A stretch of 64,000 nucleotides of DNA from Trichoplax adhaerens (GCF_000150275.1 NW_002060951.1:2384323-2448322), one strand, 5' to 3'. Positions 1 through 29,223 are shown, counted from the first letter of the stretch. A program made the numbers and translations. Notes: generated from the sequence alone by a model not told the origin.

Positions 1-73
1 TTATTAAAGGAAAATTCTTGGGCTTCTTTAAAACAATCAGGCAAAATTCGTCCGTCCTCGGAACATATATTGC
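1..73 (-). CDS. RGS-domain sorting nexin (SNX13/14/25-like), exon downstream of the RGS core (runs off window)
   Basis: Acceptor ...tctccag|gcaatat. Translation GNICSEDGRILPDCFKEAQEFSFN is open to the window edge. Frame is consistent with the upstream exon at 220..318. Confidence 0.45.
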
Positions 74-219
74 CTGGAGAATGATAATCAAATGTATATT
101 CAATAATGAAATTAACAAGTCCATTTATGTTTTTAAACCTCTAATTGAATGCAGGCATAATTTTGTTAATAAGTAGATCTTAATATCGAACTATAATCTT
201 TTAAAAAGTTTGTATTCAC

Positions 220-318
220 CTTCTATTCTTACTCTTATATCTTCACTTAATCGAATTTTCTCAGTAGCCTCAAGGGAAATATATTTATCGTATAAGCTTA
301 TAGCATCGTTTTGGATGG
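220..318 (-). CDS. RGS-domain sorting nexin, RGS exon 2
   Basis: Acceptor ttcatag|cc; donor gaag|gtgaat. Translation IQNDAISLYDKYISLEATEKIRLSEDIRVRIE aligns to SNX13 RGS segment ...GIYEQYLSEKASPRVTVDDYLVAKL. Confidence 0.6.
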
Positions 319-422
319 CTATGAATGAGAAATTATGAATAGAAGATCTTCTAATGATACCATCATAAATATATATACGACTAATCGTATTAAATCTGAA
401 AAGAGATAAAGATTTGTCTTAC

Positions 423-656
423 ACTTGAATATCGAATTTTTGTCGACTTGTTCATGGTTATTACAATCTTCATCTATTGCTTGACTATTAACCAGAGGAT
501 GGGAAGAAACAAAGCTCTCGACAGCAAGCCAAAAACGTAGTAAACTAACAGCTCTTATACTATCCATAAATTCAATAAAATACGGTAGAGAATTTTTATC
601 ATGAAGTACTTCGGTTAGAGTTTTGTTCAGGCGAGAAAAAGTAACCCAAGCTGTGT
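423..656 (-). CDS. RGS-domain sorting nexin, RGS exon 1
   Basis: Translation ...TLTEVLHDKNSLPYFIEFMDSIRAVSLLRFWLAVESFVSS... matches the SNX13 RGS box (LKDILSDSVALSYFIDYMQ...FFWMTVEGY). Donor AAGT|GTAAGA; acceptor atag|ac. Confidence 0.7.
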
Positions 657-781
657 CTATTTTGCCACTGTTATCCTATTTGACAACGAAAAATTTTAAT
701 ATTCAGACATAACTATAATATACCTCAGTTAAAAGTATTTTATTACAGATATATGCTAATTATGGTATAATTAAGCACATT

Positions 782-1267
782 TTAGTAGGCTGAAGTGGAA
801 TGGAAACATAAACAGACCTCTCTGGAAATAGCAGACATCAAAGAACGCGTTACAGTCTGCGTAATGCTTTCGTCTTCATTCTGGTCAAGTAATTTAACAT
901 CTGGCTCAAAACTTGTCGATTTGCTTCTCATAATTGGAGATTTCTTGTCATTAACGTTCAATAATTGGGATCCAGTGTTGTCAAAGACCGCACTGTCATT
1001 GCTAATAGCGGACGCGGATACGTTACTGTGGTTGGCGCGGTTATCCTTTTTGGGAGACTTACTATTATGATCCTTAGGTCTATTTCTACTTTTACTTTTA
1101 CCATTTCTCCTTAAATCATCTTGTTTACTAATTCTAACTACTTCCGCTGACGGGCTACCTTCGAGCCAGTCGAAGCTATGCCCTTCACTATTTCGCCTTC
1201 TATGTCCTGTATTAACGCCATCGGTAGTTTTGTCTAAAACAATTAGATAATCCGAGCATTTAAACAA
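782..1267 (-). CDS. 161-codon open frame, Ser/Lys/Arg-rich low-complexity; probably a linker exon of the same sorting-nexin gene
   Basis: An unusually long ORF for 30% GC DNA, immediately upstream (on the minus strand) of the RGS exons. No recognisable domain. Boundaries not resolved. Confidence 0.3.
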   Translation of the reverse strand: MFKCSDYLIVLDKTTDGVNTGHRRRNSEGHSFDWLEGSPSAEVVRISKQDDLRRNGKSKSRNRPKDHNSKSPKKDNRANHSNVSASAISNDSAVFDNTGSQLLNVNDKKSPIMRSKSTSFEPDVKLLDQNEDESITQTVTRSLMSAISREVCLCFHSTSAY

Positions 1268-2814
1268 GACTTATTTTAAGACAGTAAATGAAACTGATCA
1301 TATAGGTAAACCTATCAAGGATAAGATAGCTAATATTTCATGAAGTAAATACGATTTATCAATAGCAACTACAGTATTCCATAAACAGGTCACATTGTAG
1401 AACAGTTTGGTAACAAATCTAATAAGGCATTTAATAATTCTTTCAAAGTACCGATTTATGACATACGAGACCGTAGCATCAACACGGTGAAATCTGTCAT
1501 ATCAATGCATGATGACATGATTATGACATTAACGAGAAGGTTAAGGTTATGTTACTGTACCTGTACAGTGTACATGTGGCCACTTAAACTATTGACTAAA
1601 GTTACGTTACCGAATCAATCACTCAGGCACTGAGGCAAATTCGCAGTACAGCATACTGCAGTTAACAGTAAGTAGAAATTACAGTAGCAATCGTAATTGC
1701 AATACTCGCACAATATATTCTATTTTATTTTATAGTAGCTTCGCGCTGCATTGCTTCTATTATTGGATAACTAATTTTTTCTTTGATTATATAATCTGTT
1801 AGTCTGTTAGCCATTTGTTATGACTATAGCACTCTTTCAATACCTGAAGATAATAATCATTATTTATAATTACTGTAAATAAATATATATAAAAAGCATT
1901 TAAAAGCCTCGATAATAAACTGATTGGTTTACTAAGTAAAAAGTCCACAGTAAGAGTAATCCTGTATTAGTCCTTTGCTAAATGAATTTAGATTAACTGA
2001 GAGAACTCTTCACCATTAAAAGCATGATATGAATTCATGACTACGAAATCAGAACGTAGTTTACATCGTAGATAAAGAGGGACGAAGCACAAATACGAAC
2101 AGCTGTAAGACAAAACTTCTGGGTACATTCTTCCTGCACACGATCAATTTTTGGTGAAGGCAAGTACAGAGTGAATAAGAAGGAAGTTCACAAACAGTAA
2201 AAATACTGCCGTAGACTATCGTGTACAGTATTGTGCTGTAGTGCATAATCTGTTTACCGCTTGCAGCACAGCACTGCAACGACGCCAAGCATTGCAAATG
2301 ATAAGTAACATTAAACGTGATCATAATCTCATGCTAACCTAACAACAGATATTCTTAGAACTGTTCCTACCTGCCTTACTTTTAAATAATCTCTTCATTG
2401 TGAATTAACAATAAATGTGATATGCCATACAGCCTCCAATAATGCGTATGTAAGTTTTCATTAAATACGATACTAGGATTTCTTGAAATGTATTCTCAGC
2501 TTGGCTCGCCTCGTTTAGCCAATACCTTTTATCTTACAATTAATTCACCCCTTTTTTTAACACTTTATCACAAAGTAGAGAATACTATACAGTGTAATCA
2601 ATCATTAAAGGGATGGGATAATCAGTTTAGTTCACTTAACCTAAATTAAAGGACGAGGATATTGTAAAGGCTTGACTGATAATACAATCATCGGATTACA
2701 AATCATTGCAGTGATTCTACTGTATATGACTATATACAGTATACACAAGCCGAGATGCGTCTTTTACTACCATCTGTCTAATGTCGCGAAGGACTTGCCA
2801 AAAGAAAGTCCCGG

Positions 2815-3060
2815 TACGTACGTACAGTACGTACTGTACAGAGTACAGTATGATGGACTGTATCGCGTTCTATCAAGACCATTTGAAGAAACTCATCCTG
2901 TACTGTACAGTACTGTACTGTACTGTACTGTACTGTACTGTACGTACTGTACAGTGTGGATAATGTACTGTACACTGTACACTGTAAAGTCATACAGTAC
3001 TATACAGTACAGTACAGTACAGTATTGTACTGTACAGTATTGGGAGTAGAACTCTCGCTC
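2815..3060. repeat. (TACTG)n/(CAGTA)n pentanucleotide array cluster
   Basis: e.g. tactgtactgtactgtactgtactgtactg at 2911-2945, with opposite-orientation runs adjacent forming palindromes. Confidence 0.9.
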
Positions 3061-3186
3061 GTTCTATTTTATCGCCTATCGTTGTGTAAAATGTTTATTT
3101 CATTGAATTGAATCTAATTTAACCCTGATTATGTACAAGGGCTGCAAATCAATAGTTCACAACTACTGTATTCAAGAGAGTACTAC

Positions 3187-3410
3187 ATAGGATGATAAGA
3201 GTAGATGTACAGTACTAATGAATTAATGATATAACAGCTATATATTATTATGTAGTGTATGTTTTAGCATCAAATTACAAGCTAATTTTACATAGGACGA
3301 TAAGAGTAGATGTACAGTACAGTACAGTACTAATGATACAACAGCTATATATTATTATGTAGTGTACTGTATGTTTTAGCATCATTACAAGCTAATTTCA
3401 TTGGCCATGG
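3187..3410. repeat. tandem duplication of a ~107-bp unit
   Basis: Unit cataggaYgataagagtagatgtacagtac...taatga...acagctatatattattatgtagtgta..gtatgttttagcatca(aa)ttacaagctaattt is present twice in tandem with a few indels. Confidence 0.8.
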
Positions 3411-3597
3411 GAAGGGTATTCGATGAAAACTGTAACAAATGCTGGATTACTTGTCCCTGACTTTTGAGTAGCTCGCCTATCCCCACGCCTTGACTCGAAG
3501 TTGACTCCGGGTATCATGCCTTTATAAACACCTGTACGGTAACATCGATATTATTAAATTTTGAAAAGTAATACCGTACTGTACTATCGTTATTATG

Positions 3598-3768
3598 TCG
3601 GAACATTACAAGGAAACTGGAAACGTTTGCTCATTGGCCTGACATTCATGACGAGGCATCATTACAAGAAAGCAAGAAAACGCTTGTTCAATGGCTTAAT
3701 CCCCACGATTTTCCTAGCTATGCCAATGAGGAAGCGTTTCTTGTTTTCTTGTAATGATGCCCCGACAT
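3598..3768. repeat. direct + inverted copies of a ~35-bp 'cattacaag...gcttg/cattggcc' element
   Basis: ggcatcattacaagaaagcaagaaaacgcttg (3655-3686) is mirrored as caagcgtttcttgttttcttgtaatgatgcc (3733-3766). A direct copy lies at 3605-3640 and another at 3390-3410. The 69-aa ORF track entry 3561..3770 is an artefact of this structure. Confidence 0.75.
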
Positions 3769-4915
3769 AATCGTTACACGTTGCTATTTTAGGATCAAAA
3801 TTGTAGTCTAAATTACTGTATTACTCCCACAGTACAATACGAATACACTAAATTCGTAACATGGTTTTTAATATAGGACGTTGAGAGGTTGTTATGCGAT
3901 TGTTACTGAACGTTAAGTTTTTACCCGATGGGTGACAGGTACTGTATTTGTACAGATGAACGGCAACGGCTTTACCGGCGGCCAAGCCATACCGTAGATC
4001 AGTGTTCTACAGAGCTCGATGACATGGATGAGGTCATTAACGAGCATTGAAAGCTAATTGAACTGGCCATTTAATCAAGGCATTGGACAGAATGTATTTT
4101 GGACTAGTCGGCTCGATGGTTAATTGATCTAAACTTGAAATCGTCTGACCTTATAAATTCGAACAATATCAACAGTACTTGTGTGTACAGCATTTAAGAT
4201 AACTTTGCAATAATGTTCACAGCGCTACAAGTGGTCTTAGTGTCATTTATTCGAATGCTGTTCGTTGTCGTACCAAACAAAACTAGTACACAAACACAAT
4301 TTTACTCCCATATATGTACAATATAAGAAGACCGTGTATCATGACCGAAGCAAACGAACTACTGTATAATATTCACAAATAATAAAATGAAGTATAATTT
4401 CTGCTGCATTTTCTCATTTTCAAACAGCCCAAAAAGGAGAATATCTAAATTTTTTCATTCATAGTAGTACACATACATCAAACATAGTATGTATATAGAC
4501 CATGCTCTAGGACACAGCTCTTAAATAAATACATACTACAGTAAGGTTTATAAAATAAAACAAAATAATAGCATATACGCTCTGAACTTGTATCAATTGT
4601 ACAATATCTATTTCATGGTAACACAATTTGGTAACCTCAACTTAAGGCTTTTATATCAATGTGCAAAGGTAGCCCTAGGATGTTTACTGGGACGACTTGA
4701 AAGAAAGTCTAGCTAACATCACAATATAAGCTACATTTTTAGAAAATAATACTTTCGATTTTAACAATCTGCTACTGTATATACTGTATACAAACTTTAA
4801 AGAATTACATATTAGATGAATGACAGTCAATACTTGCAGCTGGGCACCATTATACACGTATGCACATATAAATATTTGCAGATCTGCAAATACATCTGCA
4901 TGAAAGACTTTTAAA

Positions 4916-20420
<15,505 letters not shown>

Positions 20421-23400
20421 CTAAAAAATATCATAGCCATTAAATTAGTTCAGAAAGATAAATCAATACATTTTATATGAATGTGTATGCGTTCACTGTA
20501 TACGGATCCTATGCATTAGTGAAAAGTAGCAAATCGGAATTTGAATGTATAGTGACGTATTTTATACCATTTCTGAGTGAACTACCCATAAATTGAATCG
20601 TTGCATTCTTAAGATATAATATACCATGGATTATAGCTATCGCTTCGGAATAACACCCATTGCAATTGACCGACACACTAACATGTATGTATAGCAATTT
20701 TGCACTTAATAAAGACAGAAACATATATCCTAAATTTGATCAAATCGGTCTTGTAATACGTATTTATTATAAATATGTTTGTAAATACTACGTACCAGAG
20801 ACCTACAGTAATTAATAAACATATACGTATATTACTTGAATAGCAAGTTCTTTATGATAATGCTGGTCAAAATGCTTCGCAGCTAGTGTTCGTGAATTAG
20901 ATATTGCAATATTTGCTTTGAGATGTGTTTGTATTGTAATCCTTTGTTGCATAATGTAACGGGGGAAAATGAGTCAATTTTAGGATCTAGACAACATCAA
21001 GACCGAGCAATACGCGTATTTGATTGATAGAGGTACTGTTTTGTCTCTAGGGTTTCACCCAACTAATACGACTTACATAAATAAAAATTATTATAGTTAT
21101 ACAATCCCGTGGGATAGATATATATTATCATACAAAGGATATTCACCTGTGCCGGATGCTCAAATGACTGATGTACGTACTCTACTGGACATTGGTAGTC
21201 CGCTGAATGTTAATACACATACGCAATGATTCCTGTAGCGCGTAGTCATGCAATCGTTAAGCGTAATAGACGAGTACAGTACATTGATGACTGTACTGTG
21301 CTGTACTTTGTCATCGACAACGAGATGCACAATGAACTAAATGAGAATGATAAAACACCTAAGAATCAATATTACATATTACTCATAATCGTAAATATCT
21401 ACTATACACTATACAGTACTGTACGCTATACGCGTATTTCTTCAATCGACATAGTGTCAGGAAAGCACATTATTAAATAAAGTCTAAACGTGTAACACTA
21501 AATAATAGCTCTTAAATAAATTGATTATAAAAGTTAACTATCTTATAGGGTCTTTAGTTAAGCCCAATGAAATAATAACGTACGTAGAAATAATGTACTG
21601 CACTATTATTGATGAGTAAGGGTAATTCATTTATTGTTACTTAACAATAGTATGGATATAAAAATATACTCGTATTACCGACACAGATTTAAGCAACTCT
21701 GCTACTCTATTCGGAAACAGATTAAAAAAAAATAATTAAATAAAGAATATTTTTGGTTGATTTAGTAACATGACAATGATGATAGAATAGTTTTATGCCT
21801 TTATAGTTAAAGGTACAAACGCACATTAGAATATGGATGAGTCAACGTGCCAGTAGTTACAATAGATAAATTATGATGACAAAAACTTGCTTCTAAAACT
21901 GATTGTCTGATCTGATTTGGCAACGTTAAACGGCACTTGAATAGCGTCACCGTACAGAATATTACTTACCTATGCACTTATACATAGTATTTCAATCGTA
22001 CTTTATAATGAGTTCACCAGCACCCCAATGTCAAAATGTAGAAGTGCAAAGTGAATGAAAACTTAAATTTCTAGTAATTGAAATTAATCTTGTAACCGTA
22101 ATATTAAACAGATCCTGCACACCAAGTTGAGCATTGTCAGTGAAAGTACATTGAACATGAATTCGAGTTTTTCTTAAAATTTTTATTGTTAGTATTAGTC
22201 GATTTGTGTGCAACCGTAAACTAGGCATAACTGCTCACAATAAAACCTATTTATCAACACTGCGGTATCTAGAGGCCAATCTACTGCAGCAAGTTGGCGA
22301 CACTATTACAAGACCATGCGTCAATGGTGTATCACTTACGAAAGCATAAAATTGAGTAGTTTTGCTCTTTGAACAAAGTAGAAGAAAGTACGTGCATTAC
22401 AAAAACGTAATACAGTATAGCGAAAATTCTCTCGACACTCCAAAGACATCATCTGATTTATTATAATATTACATATTGTGAGAGTTTTAGCATCGTAAAG
22501 TAGTAGTAGTACAGGCTATAAGGGGTACTAATAAATTTTTTTTTCTTAAAAGCTAAGTTTGTACATTCACTTGCGGCATAAGGTACTGCAACACACTCAC
22601 TCATTTACCTCATAACTATAACATCATATACAGTAACTAAAAAATGAGGATTGACACTCACATCCCTTATGTACACATTTGTAAACGAATTTAATTTTTA
22701 TAACAGAAACGGCATGCAGAGCACGATGTTATTCTATCAAACACTGTACTGTACGGTAGACAATAATACCGTAATTACAACATAATAATAGCCAGCAAGT
22801 TCGTAATCCTGCAACTCTACTTTGTCAGTGGATGTTCGATATCTTTTTAGATGAAGTAAATTCAGCCAATCACACATTCACTCTGTAAGCAATTCAAAGC
22901 TTCACAGTTTGTGAGGTAATAATTATATTATTGTTGTTGTACGATGCATAGTAACATGCACACCGAAATATACAAGCACAAAGTGAATCTAGAGTTCCAT
23001 ACGGTATCAAAGTTTAAATTAATTAAATGTAAGTTTATCACCTCTAAAACTAACAGGGAAGACCACTTTACCTCGGATGAGGGAAAAACAAACTAATTAT
23101 CTTGCAGTAATAGTAAATTAACTGTGATAATGTAAATTATCCAATCTTAATCTGTTAATTAATCTGTTATTTCTGCAAAACCCAACCATAGGTAGCTTAA
23201 GTTAGTTAAAATCCTGAATGTCTGATTATAATAAAATAATAATTAATGCTTAATATCGGTCATACATGAACAAGAACGGTTAGTGTACAGTAGTAGTGTA
23301 CCTTTTGGGGATTGTTTTGATAAGCTAGATTTAAGGATTAGGCAAAATTGTAGGAATAGATAAACATAGGATACTGTTTCGAATATTCGTAATGATATAC

Positions 23401-24179
23401 AGTATATGTTATATATATATATATATCTATAATATATACGTATATAACAAAACTTTCTTAGTCAGCAGAATTGAACTGATTAAATCATCCAGTAACTGTA
23501 ACTGTATTGAATAGCATTTCATTTAACTATGCCATACAGTGCAAAATATGACTTTCTACACCGTAATTCATCAATTATTACTGATAAAATATGATAGTAT
23601 CATTAATCAATAAAAATATTCCGAAATAAATGCACAATCCAGTCTTTACCTGTTTATCAAATCGGTCGATTATTGCCTGAACCCATTCGTTACACTGAGG
23701 TATGATCGCCATGGATGTCCGATGACATGAAATGGTAATCTCTCTCTTATGTTAGGCAGATATCGTAGTACGTACAGTAGTAGATATATCCTCTACTTTA
23801 TAGTTTCATCCACTTAATCATAAGAGTTGATGGCTTCTAGAACGCCGGATATAAGGCGATTTCAGTCTAATTTACTCGTATACGTAAAGTATCTGCCCTC
23901 TAAACCATTCACTAAATTATTACTCAGTAAAGCAAGGTATCGTACAGTACTACGTAGAATGATTGGTTAGTTAATTAAGTTACCGTAAGACCAAAGCATC
24001 TTTTACAATGTATTTGAAGGGTACAGCAATTGTCCAAAATTACTCATTACTTTCTTATATTAATACTGTCAAACTGTTATTCCACCATTCACCAGTAACG
24101 GCAGCAAGTCACACAACATACAACACAATATCCTGATTATAATTATCATTAATGATTTGCAAGCTGCTTATTTCGACAC

Positions 24180-24530
24180 GGTTTTGTTTTTACTGTATCA
24201 ATTATACAATATACAGTACTGTCTGTGCTAATACGGTACAGTACTTACTATAATTATTACAGTACGATACCGCGGACTAACAACCATTCGAAAGACGTCA
24301 TACTCAGTTGATATACAGTAGGTATTGTACTGAACAGTACACTACTGTACACTGTACAGTATAATAAAAAAAGAAAGAAAAAACTTTTATCTTTTTACCA
24401 GATCAAAGACTACTGTACAGTACAGCATGCTCCTTGCACGATCTCTACAGTACTGTACTGTACATCATAATACAATACAGTAGTACTATACACAGTACAG
24501 TATAGCGCACAGTACTGTACTGTACATTGG
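24180..24530. repeat. (TACTG)n/(CAGTA)n array cluster
   Basis: Repeated tactgtac / gtacagta runs, e.g. 24340-24360, 24410-24520. Confidence 0.9.
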
Positions 24531-24699
24531 GATCCGATTTCTTCAATGCGTTTGAATAGTAAAAACTAAAAACTATAGGTAAAACGCTTAAAAACGATTA
24601 ATCGTTATGAACCTTCCTATACAGATAGATCTCTTATTATATATTAAAATCATACATTTGCGATCATTTTTGTACAAATTGATGCAGAAATTGTAATAT

Positions 24700-24800
24700 C
24701 GAATCCATCGGATCACGTCGTGCATACAGTACAGTATTACGACACAGTGCAATAACCAAATCCATACTGTACTGTACTGTACTGTACACTGTACAGCATT
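24700..24800. repeat. (TACTG)n array
   Basis: catactgtactgtactgtactgtacactgtacag at 24762-24800. Confidence 0.9.
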
Positions 24801-24999
24801 CAGTGTCGTCAATCTTTCTTTTCAGCTTAAACAGTAATTCTCCAGAATTTACTGAAAAATTTTTTAAATTGGACATTTTACTGGACAGTGGCCCGGCAGG
24901 GCATTATCTTTTTCTGATTTATTAACAGATTATTTCTATTATTGAGGAATTTTTACTTCTGTACTAACTCAAATCGTTTAACATTAAACCGGAACCTGA

Positions 25000-25750
25000 T
25001 CCAGTGATGCATTACATACGGTACTGTAGTAATTGTAATAGTGTGTACTATACTGTACACTTGAAATATCTTTTACCGTGCGACTGTACTCTACTGTACC
25101 GTCTGTACGGTAAGAGTATGATTGCAGCTGGTTCGTCTGTGGTTACGAATTTACTGTACGTAATTGCTAGCGAATCTGACATGGAGGAATACGAATTCTT
25201 CCACCCCACTATCTTTAAACCGCAAGGAACAGTTTTTAGCGGAAAAATACAGATAATTATTCACATATCTCTTGATTTTAAGAGTTGGGGGCATATTACT
25301 GACCACACGCCCAGAAATCTATAAATAGCCATACACGCTACAGTATACAGTGTACAGTTCGTCGTACAAAATTTTAAAATACTGTAATCTTCGTACTGTA
25401 CTGTACTGTACTGTACTGTAGTGCTCAATAGAGACCCTACAGTACTGTACAGTACAGTGCTGTACTTTATACTGTACTGTACAGTACTGTACAGTATTCA
25501 CTATTCAGTACCGTTCCGTAGTACTGTACAGTACTGTACTGTACTGTACTGTAAAAGAAATCTCGATACAGCACAGTACTGTACATTAAAGCGTATAGCA
25601 GAGTTCTGACTAGTGAGCATTAGTGTTAGGATTGCTTTCATTTTGTCTGCATGTCTACAGTACTGTACAGTACTGTACATCCCTCTGTAATACTGTACTG
25701 TACTGTATAGTACTATACAGTCTATACTATACAGTGTACAAATGTGTTTT
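25000..25750. repeat. dense (TACTG)n/(CAGTA)n array field
   Basis: Many runs, e.g. 25393-25430 tactgtactgtactgtactgtactgtag and 25520-25552. The ORF-track entries 25004..25324, 25319..25501 and 25501..25773 are repeat-frame artefacts. Confidence 0.9.
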
Positions 25751-28391
25751 GCTGGTGTAACAAATGCAACCAATCAACGATCGATATTTCCAGAGTGGGG
25801 GTGGCAACGTAAAGAATGTGTGAAAAATTTCTTTAATTTTTATAGTAATATAAAAGTTATGTTATTATCGGTTGCAGCTCACATAACTTCGGTTCTGAAA
25901 ACGTTCCAAGATTTGACATAACGGCTAAAAAAGTGCTCCAAACGTTCGTGTGTCCACCTGAATGTACGTACTTATCACTTGTCTCTTCTATTTTCCTAGA
26001 TGAATTCAAAATTTCGTATACGTACTGTAAGTACAGTGTTATTAACCTTAACCTGGTCTTCTAAAACTAGATCCTGCTATCATATCAGAATAACTCTTAC
26101 AGCCTCGATTTGCTAGAACTTGCAGATTGAACCCTTGGTTAGCAAGACCTACGAATACAGTACGCAATTATTGTAAATAACACGTAACTAATGATAATTG
26201 TTAATCGCCATAGTTGCAGCGACTTCACCTTTCAGATCAACTCGATCCCACATTTCTTACCGTAACACCAAAAGTACAGTACAGTATTCGTAATCATGAT
26301 TTACACCAATTTTCAACCATGTTAGGGTAGCTTTTAGTATACTAAAGTAATGCTGTAGCACAACTTTATTAGGATCGTATATAATAGCTATTCTGCCGTT
26401 TTCTACTTCTACTTACCTTAAAATTTTGAAATTATGAAACTTAGATCAATTCTATCCAAAGTTAACAGGATCCACAATGGGTCGAAAACTACTTAAATCT
26501 GGTAGGTTGAAAGTCTCCTAATGACGATGTATCTTATTATAATTATAATTGTAATCAATAATCCGCTGTAACAATTACTAATCATAAGTATCGATCATTG
26601 CGCTAATACTTCTGTAGTTCTATGGCTTATTCAGTTAAATTATTTCGAAGCATCTACGTAGATCTTTCGATGTATAAATCTAGGATATTTTTATTACTTG
26701 TGTTACATTGCAATTTGCACGGTATATGAACTGTTAACAGCACACATCTCAGTATCGCTAAGAACTGTAGCTCGCTCGGGCTTGATGCCTTCGTATCAAA
26801 TCATTATACTGTATCAAAAAGTGGTTAAAAGTTTAAAGTAGTACCATGGTAGTTTGTCTGCGAAGCGACTGGAAGTTAAGCCACCGATCGATTAATTTGT
26901 ATTATAAACGCGTGTTGAAGTGTACAATGTCAATGTACAGACCGCTTAAATCTATTATGTTAGGATAATTTTGTCCGTGTGTGTGTATACTTTTCAGTAC
27001 ATAATAACGCGAGTAGTAACTACTTAAAAGGTCTTCTTTTAAACGAAGACTGTAATGTAGTACGCTTGCATAGTACTAGGAAGTTACAGTCATCTGAAGT
27101 GATCCCAAATTTAAGATGCTAAAGAAATACGAAATTCTTGACGCAGTAACTTTAATGCTGGTAGTTACTAACAGTAGTTAAGTAATTGATTAATATTCTA
27201 CTATATTGCAGTTCTGGATATCTATAAATCAAAACGTAAATAGTGGCTACGCAGATCTTGTATTCTCTAAAAGTGTACCGATGGTTATTGTACTGCAATT
27301 TTGCTTATGTAACTTAGAAATTTTTATAAGTATCTGCAGTAACAATTATAATTGCTCATACTCATTTAGAAAATAAAAAACTGCCTTTAAAAGCCAACGG
27401 AGAAGCCCTTAAAAGGTACAATATTTGTTCGTGACGCATACGGAAGTAGATTTTCAGTAACGAGTATGCATCAGTTCTGCACTTTAGACGTGTTGTATAC
27501 AGCAGCTGATTCCCTACATTCACCACTGTAAAGGTACCGAGATATTTTATACGCATCTCTGCAGATTTACTGTTGACACTAAACTAGCTTTAAATAGTTT
27601 CTTGAATAACGTTGTGCTATCTCTTCAATGGAAATTTTTATTCTACAATATACTGATAGATAGAATAAGATCATTGAGAACATTCTCTGTATTAATTAGT
27701 AATCCACTGCTATATATTGTCAATACCACTCAAGCAAGGCGCGTACGTAAATTCTCCCTTTAGAATAATGGTAAAAAACATTAGATTTCAAGAAATTGTT
27801 ACCTCTATTCGACAGTGCCATAATATCTGCGATTTAGAGTACTGTACCTATCATAACTAACTAACATGATCTTGCAATGCTATATCACTCTGAAAATAAT
27901 TAATCACATCAAGTCAAATATTATTGTATTATTAATTCGGTTATGCGAGTATATGAGCGATCGACGTGGATATTAAATCATACGCTGCATAAATGACAAG
28001 AATCTTCTAATCTGTTTATGCTTCTACTGTACTATTGTGTTCTCACGCTGTCATCGATTTATCTTTCATACTTGCAATATGTACGTGTCTTATCGTTTTA
28101 ATAAATCCTCTCTTTGTCATAGTACTCTTTAATAGATTACAGTACACTAGGTTCTCGTATCTTATGGCAGGTATACTAATAAAATTTACGTAAACAAATA
28201 TAAAAGAATGCTACCGACACGAGCAGGACTAAATAAACTATAAACCTACAGTACTTGAAGAACAGATTTTAAAAGCTTACTGTACTTTCATTAAGCTATG
28301 TAGGAAACCTTTCGCACTTGCAATCTTTAAATCATAACGTACTGCTTCTTTCAAAATGAATTTAAAGACACTGTTATTGTCAATTTTGCAG

Positions 28392-28542
28392 AAGTCACCC
28401 ATCAGTTCCACCACTACAAACAAAAATCACAGATTTATTTCCTGTACGACGTAGTACAAGAAAATGCAAATCGGATTTAAAGAACGCAGAAGAAGCTTTC
28501 ATGATACAATACATTCTCACTAATAAAGAAGATGGAATACAG
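28392..28542 (+). CDS. KMT5A: KMT5A/PR-Set7 (SETD8) exon, pre-SET region
   Basis: Acceptor ttttgcag|a; donor cag|gtacat. Translation ...KITDLFPVRRSTRKCKSDLKNAEEAF... aligns to human KLTDFYPVRRSSRKSKAELQSEE. Confidence 0.7.
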
Positions 28543-28690
28543 GTACATTAAATTGATTACATACTTAAAGCAATTTAAAAGTAGCGTTTCATCGATGCAG
28601 GCGTCATCTAGTCGCACGATGCGACAAATTTTCTATTTAAATTATTTCAAATTTAGTAATAATAGATCAAATCACGTTTACAATATATAG

Positions 28691-28881
28691 ATGATTTATA
28701 CTGAAGGCAAAGGTAGGGGTATTGTAACGACAAAACCCTTCAAGAAAGGTGATTTCCTATGTGAGTATGCAGGAGAATTAATCTCTCGAAAAGAAGCTTT
28801 ACAACGCGAAGTTAGCTATGGTAAAGATCCAAACATTGGAAATTATATGTACTTTTTCTCATATAAAGGTTCTGATTTTTG
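28691..28881 (+). CDS. KMT5A: KMT5A SET-domain exon
   Basis: Translation MIYTEGKGRGIVTTKPFKKGDFLCEYAGELISRKEALQREVSYGKDPNIGNYMYFFSYKGSDF aligns to human IDGKGRGVIATKQFSRGDFVVEYHGDLIEITDAKKREALYAQDPSTGCYMYYFQY. Donor tg|gtaaga. Confidence 0.9.
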
Positions 28882-29009
28882 GTAAGAAACGAAAGCTACC
28901 TAACTAATTAATAAATATGCTATTTCTGAGATAATACTATTTTGTGTAAGTTTACAATAGAAACATTCGAAAACGTACGTATATTAATCATTACGGTAAA
29001 TTTCTCTAG

Positions 29010-29223
29010 TGTCGACGCAACGAAAGAAACTGATCGACTAGGGCGCCTTGTTAACCACAGCAGGAAGAACTATAATTCTATCAGCAGGCTCATACCTATA
29101 AACGGTAACCCTCACCTTGTATTGATAGCGTATAGGGATATTGGAATAGGTGAAGAATTATTATATGATTATGGTGATCATAGCAAAAAATCTATTGAAG
29201 CTCATCCATGGTTGGAATTATAA
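29010..29223 (+). CDS. KMT5A: KMT5A SET-domain terminal exon
   Basis: Acceptor ttctctag|t. Translation CVDATKETDRLGRLVNHS...HLVLIAYRDIGIGEELLYDYGDHSKKSIEAHPWLEL* aligns to human CVDATRETNRLGRLINHS...LILIASRDIAAGEELLYDYGDRSKASIEAHPWLKH*. Confidence 0.9.

Noticed and set aside
2672-3049. ORF-track ORFs 2672..3049(+), 2778..2993(-), 24588..24876(-), 25004..25773, 41316..41924 and 55010..55500 rich in Y/T/V/Q/C/L
   Set aside because: They are translations of (TACTG)n/(CAGTA)n arrays (TVLYCTVQYS... periodicity), open only because the repeat lacks stop codons in some frames.
3561-3770. 69-aa ORF on the plus strand
   Set aside because: It spans the direct and inverted 35-bp repeat copies. The amino-acid 'repeat' is a by-product of nucleotide repetition.
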